In this document: positions 9,225 through 19,227 of the stretch, piece by piece
How positions within the stretch are numbered: position 1 is the stretch's first letter
How the letters are laid out: each line of letters starts with the position of its first letter
Assembly (NCBI GenBank): GCA_051531975.1
Contig: JAOPTT010000016.1
Span: 88,927-152,926, forward strand
Direction: 5' to 3'
Length of the DNA stretch: 64,000 nucleotides
Source of the DNA: Spirochaetaceae bacterium
GTDB taxonomy: Bacteria; Spirochaetota; Spirochaetia; DSM-2461
Notes under the pieces: model-generated
Told to the model about the DNA's origin: nothing
Databases searched by the model: none
Seen by the model: the letters and a program-made list of their open reading frames with translations, nothing else
Made by a program: the position numbers and the translations under genes

Positions 9225-11080
9225 TCAAACTCTAATTCAACTATAGTTTTTTGTGTAATTTTTACACCTGGGGCAGGAACTTGATTAACTAAAAATCCAG
9301 TACCCTTAATGTTAAAAGATAACCCAGACTTATTTAGTATTGTTAATACATCTCGTTTAGAGAGTCCTGTTAAGTCAGGTATTTTATCTACTATTTTAAC
9401 ATTAGTATAGTCAGGAACATCTATGTTTGAACTCACTTTATGAATGGGAGATGAAACAGTAGATATGTTTAAGTAGTTAGTAAAATCATCAACCAACTTT
9501 TTTATTACAGGTACTGCAAGTCTACTACCATATATAGATGAACCTTTAGGATTCTCTATTACAACATATATAATAACTTGAGGATCCTCTGTTGGAAAAA
9601 TTGCTAGAGCTGAAGCCATAAATTTGTCTTCCGAATAATTCCCTGTTTCAGGATCAATAATCTGAGATGTTCCTGTTTTAGTAGAGATATTAAGACCTTC
9701 TGTAAAGGTTCTAATACCTGTTCCTCTCTCGGTTGTCTCCTGCATCATTTCTAATACTAATTTTGCTACTTCTGGGGAGATAACCTCTTTAATAGGTTCA
9801 CGGTAATACTCTTTTTTAATAGTTCCAGCCTGAGTTGTTATACGTTTAACAATATGTGGTTTAAGTAGAACTCCTCCGTTTGTTAATACTGTTGCAGCAG
9901 TTGCAACTTGCATTGCTGAGACACTTAATTCTTGCCCCATGGAGATCGTTGGTTTACTTCTAGCTGACCAAAATTCTGGTTGCCTTAATATTCCGTTACT
10001 CTCACCATTAAATGTTATTCCTGTTTGATTACCAAAACCAAAATTTCTAAGTGATTTATATAGTTCGTTTTTAGTTACGGTTTCAGAAGCTTGTGCTGTA
10101 CCATCGTTACAAGAGTGTATTAATATTCCATTGGTATTTATATTGCCATGGACACCTAAACATTTAATTACAATATTATCGTTATCTGGATCTATATATT
10201 GCCCATCGCATGTGAACTCTGTATTTGGTCCAATTCCACCTAAGTTTAAAAATGAAGCAACGGAAAAGACTTTATATACCGAACCAGGTTCATAGGACTG
10301 CTGGGTTATCCTGTTTGATCTTTCGTTCTGGGTATATAGATTAAAATTATTAGGATCATAGGTTGGAAAAGATACATAACTTAAGATATCTCCATTTTTT
10401 GCATCCATTGTAATAACAGATACAGAGTCTGCGAAGTTACTTTCATAGGCTTCCATTGCAGCTGTTGCTGTAAAATATTGTAGATTAAGATCTATAGTCA
10501 GATGAACATTATGACCATATTCTTGTCTTGCTGAGGATTTAATCTGCTTAGGAGATAGAAGCTCATTCAGAGTATATTCGATACCGTCAAAACCAATGTT
10601 ATCGTAACCTACATAACCAGTAATATGAGCTGTTAAATCACTCTCTGGGTAGGAACGTCCAAATTCCCTCTCAATTCTAATACCTTCTAATTTATTCTGG
10701 TTCAATAGATCAGTAATCTGTTGTGCTGCAGTATCTGTTATTTGCCGCTTTATATAAAAGTAACTACTATCTCTCTTTTTAATAAGATTTTTGTATATTA
10801 CTTCTTCATCTAATTCTAAAATTGGAGATAATAACTTTGCACTTTCTCTCTCATTTTTTAGTTCTGTTACCCAACCTGCAACAGATGGGACCTCTTTTTG
10901 AAAAGCTAATATTCTACCATTTCTATCAACTATATTACCCCGAGCTATTTGTGGTATCTCTGGAGGTGTTGGACTTTTACCAAAAACCATAACTTTAAGA
11001 AAGCTTATAGATATAATAATAGCTAAACCTAATGCTAAAAATTTCAGTATATCTATACGTTTAAGTGGTAGTGTTTTCAA
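9221..11080 (-). CDS. ftsI: Class B penicillin-binding protein (FtsI/PBP3-like) with C-terminal PASTA domain
   Basis: RGNIVDRNG, EPGSVYK (SxxK), SCN (SxN), KTGT; N-terminal TM; TTG start with AGGAG RBS. Confidence 0.85.
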   Translation of the reverse strand: MKTLPLKRIDILKFLALGLAIIISISFLKVMVFGKSPTPPEIPQIARGNIVDRNGRILAFQKEVPSVAGWVTELKNERESAKLLSPILELDEEVIYKNLIKKRDSSYFYIKRQITDTAAQQITDLLNQNKLEGIRIEREFGRSYPESDLTAHITGYVGYDNIGFDGIEYTLNELLSPKQIKSSARQEYGHNVHLTIDLNLQYFTATAAMEAYESNFADSVSVITMDAKNGDILSYVSFPTYDPNNFNLYTQNERSNRITQQSYEPGSVYKVFSVASFLNLGGIGPNTEFTCDGQYIDPDNDNIVIKCLGVHGNINTNGILIHSCNDGTAQASETVTKNELYKSLRNFGFGNQTGITFNGESNGILRQPEFWSARSKPTISMGQELSVSAMQVATAATVLTNGGVLLKPHIVKRITTQAGTIKKEYYREPIKEVISPEVAKLVLEMMQETTERGTGIRTFTEGLNISTKTGTSQIIDPETGNYSEDKFMASALAIFPTEDPQVIIYVVIENPKGSSIYGSRLAVPVIKKLVDDFTNYLNISTVSSPIHKVSSNIDVPDYTNVKIVDKIPDLTGLSKRDVLTILNKSGLSFNIKGTGFLVNQVPAPGVKITQKTIVELEFE

Positions 11081-11153
11081 AAAAATCTCCTAATGACTTT
11101 TTTATATTAATATTTCTATCTGGTCTTGTCGATACTAAATTTCAGAGGAATGC

Positions 11154-12185
11154 ATGGTAATATCATTAGAATCTCAGAATGTGAAAATTAAGAAATCAAT
11201 TTATAAACCACAAATGAGAATTCCAAATATAGAATTTAATATCTCAAACCCTTTTAAAAAGTTGAAGAATGTAACAATCAATAACCGTTATATACCTTTT
11301 ATAATAAGTTTGTTTATATTCTCTATTCTATTTTCCAGGGGATCAAGTCTTTTTATTCCTACATCAAAATTAAAAGTTGATATAAAAAATATTACCTTAC
11401 CAGACCATACTGCAGATGTTATATCAAAGGATAGTATTCAAATTTACGAAAGCTCGGTACAAGATAGTTTATATACCAAAGCACTGCTTCATGCTGGAGA
11501 AACACTTTCTACTATATCTATACAGTATGGTGTATCTAGGCAGACAATTTTACAAGTTAATAATATAAGAGACATTAAAAAAATAGATACAATAGCTTTT
11601 TTAACTGTCCCACCAACTGATGGTTATCTGCATCAGTTATCAGCTAGAGATACATTGGACAGTTTGTCCTTAAAATATGATGTCCCAATTAAAGATATTT
11701 TTAGGTTAAATAACTTAAAATCAGAAAATATAAGCCATTTAGATACCATCTTTATTCCTGGAGTTGATCCATTATTACAAGGATGGCAATCTAATTTAGA
11801 TCGTTTTTTTATATATCCAGTTGACGGTTTTATTTCTAAAAGATTTGGCTATCATACAAATTCTATTACCGGTATTACTTCCCTTTATCAAGGGTTAGAT
11901 CTGATTCCATTAGAGGGGGACAAGGTTTACGCTAGTAAATCAGGTTATATTTCTAGAATTGGTTATAGCGCAAACTATGGGAAATATATTTATATTGATC
12001 ATACTGGCGGTAGTAGAACACTTTATGCCCATCTGGATGAAGTTGAAATATCTATTCGCGATAGTGTAAAGCAGGGACAAGTTATAGGAACTGTTGGTAA
12101 TAGTGGTTTTACGAGTAGAAACAAACTCTTTTTTAGTATGTTTATTAAAGAAGAGCCTATTAATCCGGAATTATATCTTAAATAA
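11154..12185 (+). CDS. LysM-domain M23 family peptidase-like protein
   Basis: One TM, two LysM repeats (GETLSTIS, RDTLDSLS) and an M23 fold (YGKYIYIDH, YAHL, VGNSG); zinc ligands look degenerate. Confidence 0.85.
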   Translation: MVISLESQNVKIKKSIYKPQMRIPNIEFNISNPFKKLKNVTINNRYIPFIISLFIFSILFSRGSSLFIPTSKLKVDIKNITLPDHTADVISKDSIQIYESSVQDSLYTKALLHAGETLSTISIQYGVSRQTILQVNNIRDIKKIDTIAFLTVPPTDGYLHQLSARDTLDSLSLKYDVPIKDIFRLNNLKSENISHLDTIFIPGVDPLLQGWQSNLDRFFIYPVDGFISKRFGYHTNSITGITSLYQGLDLIPLEGDKVYASKSGYISRIGYSANYGKYIYIDHTGGSRTLYAHLDEVEISIRDSVKQGQVIGTVGNSGFTSRNKLFFSMFIKEEPINPELYLK

Positions 12186-12195
12186 GGAGAGTTAA

Positions 12196-12330
12196 ATGAA
12201 AAAGATAGTTTATGTCATAATATCATTAATGGCTTTAGTTGTACTTATAAACATAGGTACTATAGAAGATAACAAAACATTGAAAATTGAGGATGCGAAT
12301 CAAGTTCTAGAGATAAATCCTTTCTATTAA
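12196..12330 (+). CDS. Small (44 aa) membrane-anchored or secreted protein, absent from the ORF track
   Basis: AAGGAG RBS, ATG 10 nt after the M23 stop; MKKIVYVIISLMALVVLINIGTIEDNKTLKIEDANQVLEINPFY. Confidence 0.6.
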   Translation: MKKIVYVIISLMALVVLINIGTIEDNKTLKIEDANQVLEINPFY

Positions 12331-12533
12331 AACAGCAAAAAATAACCCAAAAGTGGTTAAAAAACGGCTTTTGGACCTAAATTACCTAAAATATTAAAAA
12401 AAATATAATTCAGTAAATCATCCATTTTTAATCCAAAACAGCCCTATATATTAACCTTATTTTGTAAAAATCAAATATCCGTACAAAATTAAAAATTATC
12501 TCAATAAAATGTATACTGACAGAAGTAAAGAAA

Positions 12534-12562
12534 TTGTCATAATAAAAAATATGTAGTATAGT
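12534..12562 (+). promoter_or_regulatory. Sigma70-type promoter of the oxidoreductase operon
   Basis: TTGTCA-17 nt-TATAGT upstream of an AGGAG RBS. Confidence 0.65.
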
Positions 12563-12595
12563 ATTCTTAATTGAAACAACAAACAGGAGTGATAA

Positions 12596-12808
12596 ATGCG
12601 AGGTAAACCCGTAATTTTTACTGAAAAGTGCAAAGGCTGTGAGCTCTGTATATATGCGTGTCCTAAAGACATTTTAGTAATGTCCAAGGATACTAATAAA
12701 AAAGGTGTAAACTATTCAGTATGTATAGATGAATCTAAATGTATAGCTTGTAAAATGTGTGCAATTACTTGCCCAGACAACGTTATAGAGATAATTAAGT
12801 TTAAATAG
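12596..12808 (+). CDS. 2[4Fe-4S] ferredoxin-like delta subunit of 2-oxoacid:ferredoxin oxidoreductase
   Basis: Two CxxCxxCxxxCP motifs; first gene of the operon. Confidence 0.93.
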   Translation: MRGKPVIFTEKCKGCELCIYACPKDILVMSKDTNKKGVNYSVCIDESKCIACKMCAITCPDNVIEIIKFK

Positions 12809-12820
12809 GAAACAGATAAT

Positions 12821-13861
12821 ATGAGTAAAAAAATACTAATGAAAGGGAACGAAGCTGCTGCTGAAGCTGCTGTAATTGCAGGCTGTAGGTTCTACTTTGG
12901 TTACCCAATAACCCCACAAAATGAGATACCAGAATATATGGCTAAAAGATTACCAGAAGTTGGTGGAACTTTTATCCAAGCAGAAAGTGAAACAGCTGCA
13001 ATAAATATGGTTTTTGGAGCAAGTGCCGCTGGTGCGAGAAGTATGACTAGTTCATCCTCTCCAGGTATAAGTCTAAAACAAGAGGGAATCTCTTATTTAG
13101 CTGCTGCTATGTTACCTTGTGTAATAATTGATATTACAAGAGGTGGGCCAGGGCTTGGAAACATTGCAGGAAGCCAGGGAGATTATTTTCAGGCGACCCG
13201 TGGTGGTGGACATGGAGATTATAGAAATATTGTATTAGCTCCTGCAAACTGTCAGGAGTTAGCAGATTTAACACTAAAAGCTTTTGATTTAGCAGACCAA
13301 TATAGAATGGTTGTTATGATATTAGCCGATGGTTTTTTAGGGCAGATGTCAGAACCAGTTATTTTACCAGAACCTTCAGGTAAAACTTTTACTAAAGACT
13401 GGGCTGTAGGAATTGGTAAAAAAAATAAAGTTGCATCTCTTATTTTATCCCCAGAGGATGGATTAACGAAACATAACTACGCATTAAAAGCTATTTATGA
13501 CAAAGTTGAAGAGAATGAAATACTATTTGAAGAGTATATGTTAGACGATGCTGATTATATGTTAGTAGCTTATGGTTCGTCTGCAAGGATTTGTAAACAA
13601 GCTGTTACATCATTAAGAGAGCAAGGTATTAAGGTTGGTTATTTTAGACCAATATCCTTATGGCCATTCCCATATAAAGAGTTAAAAAATGCCAGTGAAG
13701 GAAAGAAGAAGATCTTAACTGTAGAGATGAGTTTAGGACAGATGTTAGAAGATGTTAAATTATCTGTGTTAAGTTCAATTCCTGTTGATTTTTACGGAAT
13801 ACCAGGTGGTATGATCCCAACTTCTGAAGCTATTGTAGAGAGGGTATTAAGTTATGAGTAA
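12821..13861 (+). CDS. vorB: 2-oxoacid:ferredoxin oxidoreductase alpha subunit (VorB-type, probably branched-chain 2-oxoacids)
   Basis: MKGNEA, GYPITP, QAESE, TSSSSPGISLKQEG, RGGPGLG. Confidence 0.88.
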   Translation: MSKKILMKGNEAAAEAAVIAGCRFYFGYPITPQNEIPEYMAKRLPEVGGTFIQAESETAAINMVFGASAAGARSMTSSSSPGISLKQEGISYLAAAMLPCVIIDITRGGPGLGNIAGSQGDYFQATRGGGHGDYRNIVLAPANCQELADLTLKAFDLADQYRMVVMILADGFLGQMSEPVILPEPSGKTFTKDWAVGIGKKNKVASLILSPEDGLTKHNYALKAIYDKVEENEILFEEYMLDDADYMLVAYGSSARICKQAVTSLREQGIKVGYFRPISLWPFPYKELKNASEGKKKILTVEMSLGQMLEDVKLSVLSSIPVDFYGIPGGMIPTSEAIVERVLSYE

Positions 13862-14603
13862 TGAAGAATTAATATATACAAAGTCTAAGACAATGACTGA
13901 TAAAGAGTCACACTACTGTCTTGGTTGTACACATGGTGTTATACATAAACTTATAGCTGAGGCTTTAGACGAGATCGAGATGTCTGATGAAGCTATAATT
14001 GTTGCTCCTGTTGGTTGTGCTGTTTTAATTTACGACTACTTAAACATGGATGGTGTTGAGTCTGCCCATGGTAGAGCACCAGCTGTTGCAACTGGTTTAA
14101 AAAGAGTACATAAAGATAAAATTGTTATCTCGTATCAAGGGGATGGAGATCTACTTGCCATTGGTATGGGTGAAACTATTCATGCTGCAAATAGAGGAGA
14201 AAATATAACTGTAATTTTTGTAAATAATGCAATTTATGGAATGACTGGTGGACAAATGGCTCCAACAACAATGCCTGGTCAGCCAACTACAACAACACCT
14301 AATGGTAGAGATGCAGATGATATTGGAATGCCAATTAAAGCATGTGAAATGATAAATACACTGCATAAACCTGTTTATATTGAAAGAGTTAGTTGTCATA
14401 ATGTTGCAAACATATTAAAAACAAAAAAAGCTATTAAAAAAGCACTATTAAATCAGAAAGAGGGTAGAGGTTACTCATTTGTAGAGGTCTTATCCACTTG
14501 TTCTACAAACTGGGGAATGTCTCCTAAAAAAGCTTATGACTGGTTAGAAGAGAATATGATTCCTTATTTCCCATTAGAAAAGTTTAGAGATACGGAGGTT
14601 TAG
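13854..14603 (+). CDS. 2-oxoacid:ferredoxin oxidoreductase beta (TPP-binding) subunit
   Basis: HYCLGCTHG, HGRAPAVATG, GDGD, NNAIYGMTGGQ. Confidence 0.92.
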   Translation: MSNEELIYTKSKTMTDKESHYCLGCTHGVIHKLIAEALDEIEMSDEAIIVAPVGCAVLIYDYLNMDGVESAHGRAPAVATGLKRVHKDKIVISYQGDGDLLAIGMGETIHAANRGENITVIFVNNAIYGMTGGQMAPTTMPGQPTTTTPNGRDADDIGMPIKACEMINTLHKPVYIERVSCHNVANILKTKKAIKKALLNQKEGRGYSFVEVLSTCSTNWGMSPKKAYDWLEENMIPYFPLEKFRDTEV

Positions 14604-14604
14604 G

Positions 14605-15147
14605 ATGTTATACGAAGAGATAATATTTGCAGGTTTTGGTGGACAGGGAGTAATTTCTGCTGGTAAGTTATTAGCAATTGCTTCTATGTTAGAAGGAAAA
14701 GAAGTTTCTCATATACCATCCTATGGTGCAGAGATGCGTGGTGGAACTGCAAACTGTTCAGTTGTTATCGCAGCGAATCCAATAGCATCTGCTATTGTTA
14801 ATAATCCAACAATTTGTATTGTTTTAAATGAACCATCTTTAGATAAGTTTGAGCATAAGATTAAACCAGGTGGAATACTTATATATAACTCTTCTAAAAT
14901 TCCTAGAAAACCAGTAAGAGATGATATTAAAACTTATGCTGTTCCATGTAATGAGTTATCAGAGAAAAACGGTTCTATTAGAGCTGCTAATATGGCAGCA
15001 ATTGGAGCGTTATTAAAATTAAAACCTGAGCTTGCAAGCCTAGAAACCATGAAAACAGCATTAGATGAAGGGATTTCTGAAAGAAACAGAAAATTTAACC
15101 CTACAAATATGTTAGTTATGGAAGAAGCTTACAACTCTATTAAATAA
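14605..15147 (+). CDS. 2-oxoacid:ferredoxin oxidoreductase gamma subunit
   Basis: AGFGGQG and PSYGAEMRGGTANC. Confidence 0.92.
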   Translation: MLYEEIIFAGFGGQGVISAGKLLAIASMLEGKEVSHIPSYGAEMRGGTANCSVVIAANPIASAIVNNPTICIVLNEPSLDKFEHKIKPGGILIYNSSKIPRKPVRDDIKTYAVPCNELSEKNGSIRAANMAAIGALLKLKPELASLETMKTALDEGISERNRKFNPTNMLVMEEAYNSIK

Positions 15148-16134
15148 TTAACTAAAATCACGACCTATAGTTTCGTAAAATATATCTTCGAAACTATGGG
15201 TTTTATCTATTAAACCCAAGGCATAGATCATTTTTTGTGTAGCCGCATGTATACTTAAATCCCTACCAGATAAAGCCCCAGCAATCTTGGCATCGTAACC
15301 TGTTTTATACTGTTCTAAAATAGTTGAACCTTTAGCACAACTTGTAACGATTACTACTTTTTTACCAGCGTCTGTAAGTTTTTTTATTGTTTTAATAAAT
15401 CTTTTTTGAATATTACCAGTTCCATAACCCTGAATTACAATACCTTTAATAGAGCTATCATTAATACAATACTCTAAGATATTACAATTACCCCCAGATA
15501 CTTGTGTAAAAGCTACAACACCGGTTTCATATTTTTTAAAAAACTTAGGATTACCATTAAATCGCTTTATTCTATTTTCATTTAACTTTATATTAACCCC
15601 TAAATTTCCAACAAAGGGTGCTCTAGGTGAATCAAAGGCGTTAAAACCTTCAACATTATTTTTATAGGATCTATTACCTCTAATTATTCGATCTCCAAAA
15701 CAGATAACAACTTCCCCTAAGTCATCTGTAGCAGCTTTAACCGAGTAAAACAGGTTATTTAGACCATCGGGACCTGGGGCGAACATTGGTAACTGAGCAC
15801 CAGTAATAACTATTGGTTTACCAAGGTTTTGAACCATATAATTTAAGGCACAGGCTGTATCCGCCATAGTATCTGTACCATGTGTTATTACAAAGCCATC
15901 AAATATCTTATGTTTTTTCTCAATTACATTTACTATTTCTGCTCTTATCTCCTGTGTAATATCTGTACTATCTACCCGAGTAATAAGCTCATACTCTATA
16001 TTTGCTATTTCCTTTAATCTAGGAACAATTTTTACAATATCTGCTACACCTGGAATTAAAGAGCCATTTTCACTTTTTTCTTGGCTAATTGTGCCACCAG
16101 TATCAATTATTAAGATTTTTTTAATATTTGTCAT
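15148..16134 (-). CDS. ansA: Type I (cytoplasmic) L-asparaginase
   Basis: TGGTI, DSTD, THGTDTM, TGAQ, NAFDS, GYGTGN; no signal peptide. Confidence 0.9.
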   Translation of the reverse strand: MTNIKKILIIDTGGTISQEKSENGSLIPGVADIVKIVPRLKEIANIEYELITRVDSTDITQEIRAEIVNVIEKKHKIFDGFVITHGTDTMADTACALNYMVQNLGKPIVITGAQLPMFAPGPDGLNNLFYSVKAATDDLGEVVICFGDRIIRGNRSYKNNVEGFNAFDSPRAPFVGNLGVNIKLNENRIKRFNGNPKFFKKYETGVVAFTQVSGGNCNILEYCINDSSIKGIVIQGYGTGNIQKRFIKTIKKLTDAGKKVVIVTSCAKGSTILEQYKTGYDAKIAGALSGRDLSIHAATQKMIYALGLIDKTHSFEDIFYETIGRDFS

Positions 16135-16186
16135 ATTTTAAAATTACCATAAAAGATTATATAATGAATATAACAGGAGCATTATT

Positions 16187-16840
16187 ATGAAAAGATATTT
16201 ATCAATTGTATTTTTATTTACTTTATCATCAATTTTATTTGCAAATAATATGGATGTTTTAGATCGAGCAGTTAAAAAGATGGATTTTGATCAAAACCGT
16301 TTTAGTTATATGTCCAGCATCGAAACAATAAGTAAGGATAAATCTGATATAAAAATTGTATCCCATAATCCAAATAGTGATCCAGTAGAGACTTTAGTTA
16401 AAGTAAATGGAAACACTCCTACTAAAAAAGAGATAAAAAAATTCTATAAAAAGAATAAACCTGGTAAAAATGAAGATTCTAAAACAGAAGATATACTAGG
16501 TGAAACATATACTTTGGTTTCAGAAGACAATGGAATTGCTCATTATAAATATACCACTGATACTATGATACCCAAAATTGATGTAAATCTTTATGGTGAA
16601 CTATGGTTAGATCTAGAAAATGAGATTATTACTAAAATTGTTATATCTAATAGAGAAAAACTTCCTGTAGCTATTGGAGTTAATTTAACAGAATTTTATA
16701 TGGAGATAAATTTTGAAGCTTTTGATAAAAATACTTCAATTGCAAATAAAATGATTATGAAAATTGCTGGTAAAGCTATTGCATTTGTATTTGGTGAAGA
16801 GAGTATAAGTACTCTTTATGACTATACCCAAGTAAATTAA
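16187..16840 (+). CDS. Exported hypothetical protein
   Basis: AGGAG RBS; signal peptide ending LFA; mature part looks beta-rich. Confidence 0.75.
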   Translation: MKRYLSIVFLFTLSSILFANNMDVLDRAVKKMDFDQNRFSYMSSIETISKDKSDIKIVSHNPNSDPVETLVKVNGNTPTKKEIKKFYKKNKPGKNEDSKTEDILGETYTLVSEDNGIAHYKYTTDTMIPKIDVNLYGELWLDLENEIITKIVISNREKLPVAIGVNLTEFYMEINFEAFDKNTSIANKMIMKIAGKAIAFVFGEESISTLYDYTQVN

Positions 16841-19180
16841 ATGATAAAGGTAAAAATATCAGTTAGGGATCTAATATCCTTTAATTCCCAGGAAGGTAGT
16901 TTAGGTGGCACTATCTTAACTTCCTCAAGAGCGGTTATAGGAACTAAAGAACATAAACGAATCCAGGAATCCCGAGACGAAGACTATCTTAAAGAGTACT
17001 CACTAAAAACAATAATTGAGAGTAGTGGTATTACATTAGAAGTTTTTGGAAGAGCTGATGGTATTTATTCTAAAAAAAGTCCTCCTGTTATCGAGGAGAT
17101 AAAGACAACTACAACAGAAAAAACTTCAGATGCCCATATGGCACAGGTAAAGTTATATGCATATCTATATTTAATAGAAAATAAGTTAAATGGTATTACA
17201 CTCGATGAAATTGGGATTTCCCTTTTATATATCAACATAAATAATAAAGAAGAGAGAACTATAGAGCAGGTTTTATCTGATAATGAATTAAAGACATTTT
17301 TTAATAGCTTTGTAGAACCGTATCTCAAATATTTAACTGATAAGCAGGATTGGAGCCAAAAAAGAGATGACTCTTTAAAGGTATTAACTTTTCCGTTTAA
17401 ACAGTTCCGGGAGGGGCAGAGGGAGTTTTCTGTAAATGTTTATAGGTCGGTTAGAGATTCAGAGACTCTATTTGCAAGAGCCCCAACTGGTACAGGGAAA
17501 TCTATAGCTGCACTATTCCCAGCTTTAAAAGCCATGGGAGAAGGGGTAACAAATAAAATATTTTATCTAACTGCTAAAACTGTGGGAAGAATTACAGCCC
17601 GTGAAGCTGTAAATCAACTACGACATAATAATACTAAAATAAGATCCGTGGTTTTAACAGCTAAAGAAAAAATATGTATACATACCGAGTATAACTGCAA
17701 CCCAGAAGTCTGCCCATTTGCAAGAGACTACTATAAAAAGTTAGCCAAAGCTTTAGAACACATAACATTAACCGACGATTTTTATCAAGATAACTTACAA
17801 GAGTTTGGTAGAACATATAATATATGTCCATTTGAACTATCTTTAGATATATCTGAGTATTCAGATGTTATTATTTGCGACTATAACTATGTTTTTGATC
17901 TAAGAGTTCACCTTAAAAGGTATTTTGACTCATCAAAACAGGACTTCACCCTATTAATAGACGAAGCACATAACTTACCTGATAGATTAAGAGGTTCGTA
18001 TTCATGTTTAATAACAAGAGAGGACATTCCACCGTTAATAAACATAACAAAACATGTTTCAGATCGTGTAACTTCCCAGTTAGAGGCTATAAATGATCTG
18101 TTATTAGAGTATATAAAAGAAAACCCAAAAGAAGAGACTACTTTTAATAAGCCTCCAGAAATGTTAATTAAACTATTAAGAAAGTTTACAACTTTATCAG
18201 AACTAGATTTAGTTCAAAGTGAGTTTCAAGGTAAAGCACCACTTTTAGATTGGTATTTTAACGCTCTATTTTTTATTAAACTAAGTGAATTATACTCTGA
18301 AGGGCATATCTTTTTACAAGAGAATACCGGAGGCTTAGGTATCGATGTTGAGATCTTATGTAATGACCCAAGTTATCTTTTTACAAAGATGTTATTAAAA
18401 TCAAAAAGCCACATATTTTTTAGTGCAACTCTTAATCCCCTAGATTATTACCATACTCTGCTATTAGAAGAGAGAGAGTTTAAGGCTATAGATATTCCAT
18501 CCCCATATATAAAAGAGCACCTGAATGTTGTAATTAGGTCTGATATAAAAACGACATATAAAGAGCGGGGACGTTCATACCAACAAATTGCGGATTGTAT
18601 TAATAGTGCGGTTGATTGTAAAGAGGGGAACTACTTAGTATTTTTTCCATCCTACAGTTACATGGAAGAAGTTAATAAATTGATGATATTAAGGGATGTT
18701 CATATTCAGAAACCAAAAATGGACGAAACTCAAAGAAAGGATTATATAGATAAATTTCACAATCATAAAAATGTAATTGCATTTGCAATAATGGGTGGTG
18801 TTTTTGGTGAGGGTATAGACCTTGTTGGGGATAAATTAATTGGGGTAATTGTTGTAGGTGTTGGACTTCCACAAATTTCCTTAAGAAATAACCTAATTAA
18901 AGAGTATTTTCAGAATAAAAGATTTAACGGGTATAATTATGCATATAACTATCCAGGCTTTAATAAAGTAATGCAGGCTGTTGGTAGGGTTATTAGACGG
19001 GAAGAGGATAAAGGTATTGCAATATTAATAGACGAGAGGTTTAATACACGTAACTACAGACCTCTTTTTCCTCCAGAGTGGGGTCACCATTTGATAATTA
19101 ATAGTGATGATGATATGAAATTAAATATACAGAACTTCTGGAATTCACATACTGTTTCAAAAGAAAAATTTGACCATTAG
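16841..19180 (+). CDS. DinG/Rad3 (XPD-like) Fe-S helicase with N-terminal PD-(D/E)XK nuclease domain
   Basis: GRADG...EEIKT...QVKLY nuclease motifs; APTGTGKS, four Fe-S cysteines, DEAH, SAT, EGID, QAVGRVIR. Confidence 0.9.
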   Translation: MIKVKISVRDLISFNSQEGSLGGTILTSSRAVIGTKEHKRIQESRDEDYLKEYSLKTIIESSGITLEVFGRADGIYSKKSPPVIEEIKTTTTEKTSDAHMAQVKLYAYLYLIENKLNGITLDEIGISLLYININNKEERTIEQVLSDNELKTFFNSFVEPYLKYLTDKQDWSQKRDDSLKVLTFPFKQFREGQREFSVNVYRSVRDSETLFARAPTGTGKSIAALFPALKAMGEGVTNKIFYLTAKTVGRITAREAVNQLRHNNTKIRSVVLTAKEKICIHTEYNCNPEVCPFARDYYKKLAKALEHITLTDDFYQDNLQEFGRTYNICPFELSLDISEYSDVIICDYNYVFDLRVHLKRYFDSSKQDFTLLIDEAHNLPDRLRGSYSCLITREDIPPLINITKHVSDRVTSQLEAINDLLLEYIKENPKEETTFNKPPEMLIKLLRKFTTLSELDLVQSEFQGKAPLLDWYFNALFFIKLSELYSEGHIFLQENTGGLGIDVEILCNDPSYLFTKMLLKSKSHIFFSATLNPLDYYHTLLLEEREFKAIDIPSPYIKEHLNVVIRSDIKTTYKERGRSYQQIADCINSAVDCKEGNYLVFFPSYSYMEEVNKLMILRDVHIQKPKMDETQRKDYIDKFHNHKNVIAFAIMGGVFGEGIDLVGDKLIGVIVVGVGLPQISLRNNLIKEYFQNKRFNGYNYAYNYPGFNKVMQAVGRVIRREEDKGIAILIDERFNTRNYRPLFPPEWGHHLIINSDDDMKLNIQNFWNSHTVSKEKFDH

Positions 19181-19227
19181 TTAAAATAAACTTAGTTTTA
19201 AGTATAAGAGAAATAAATGAGGTATAT

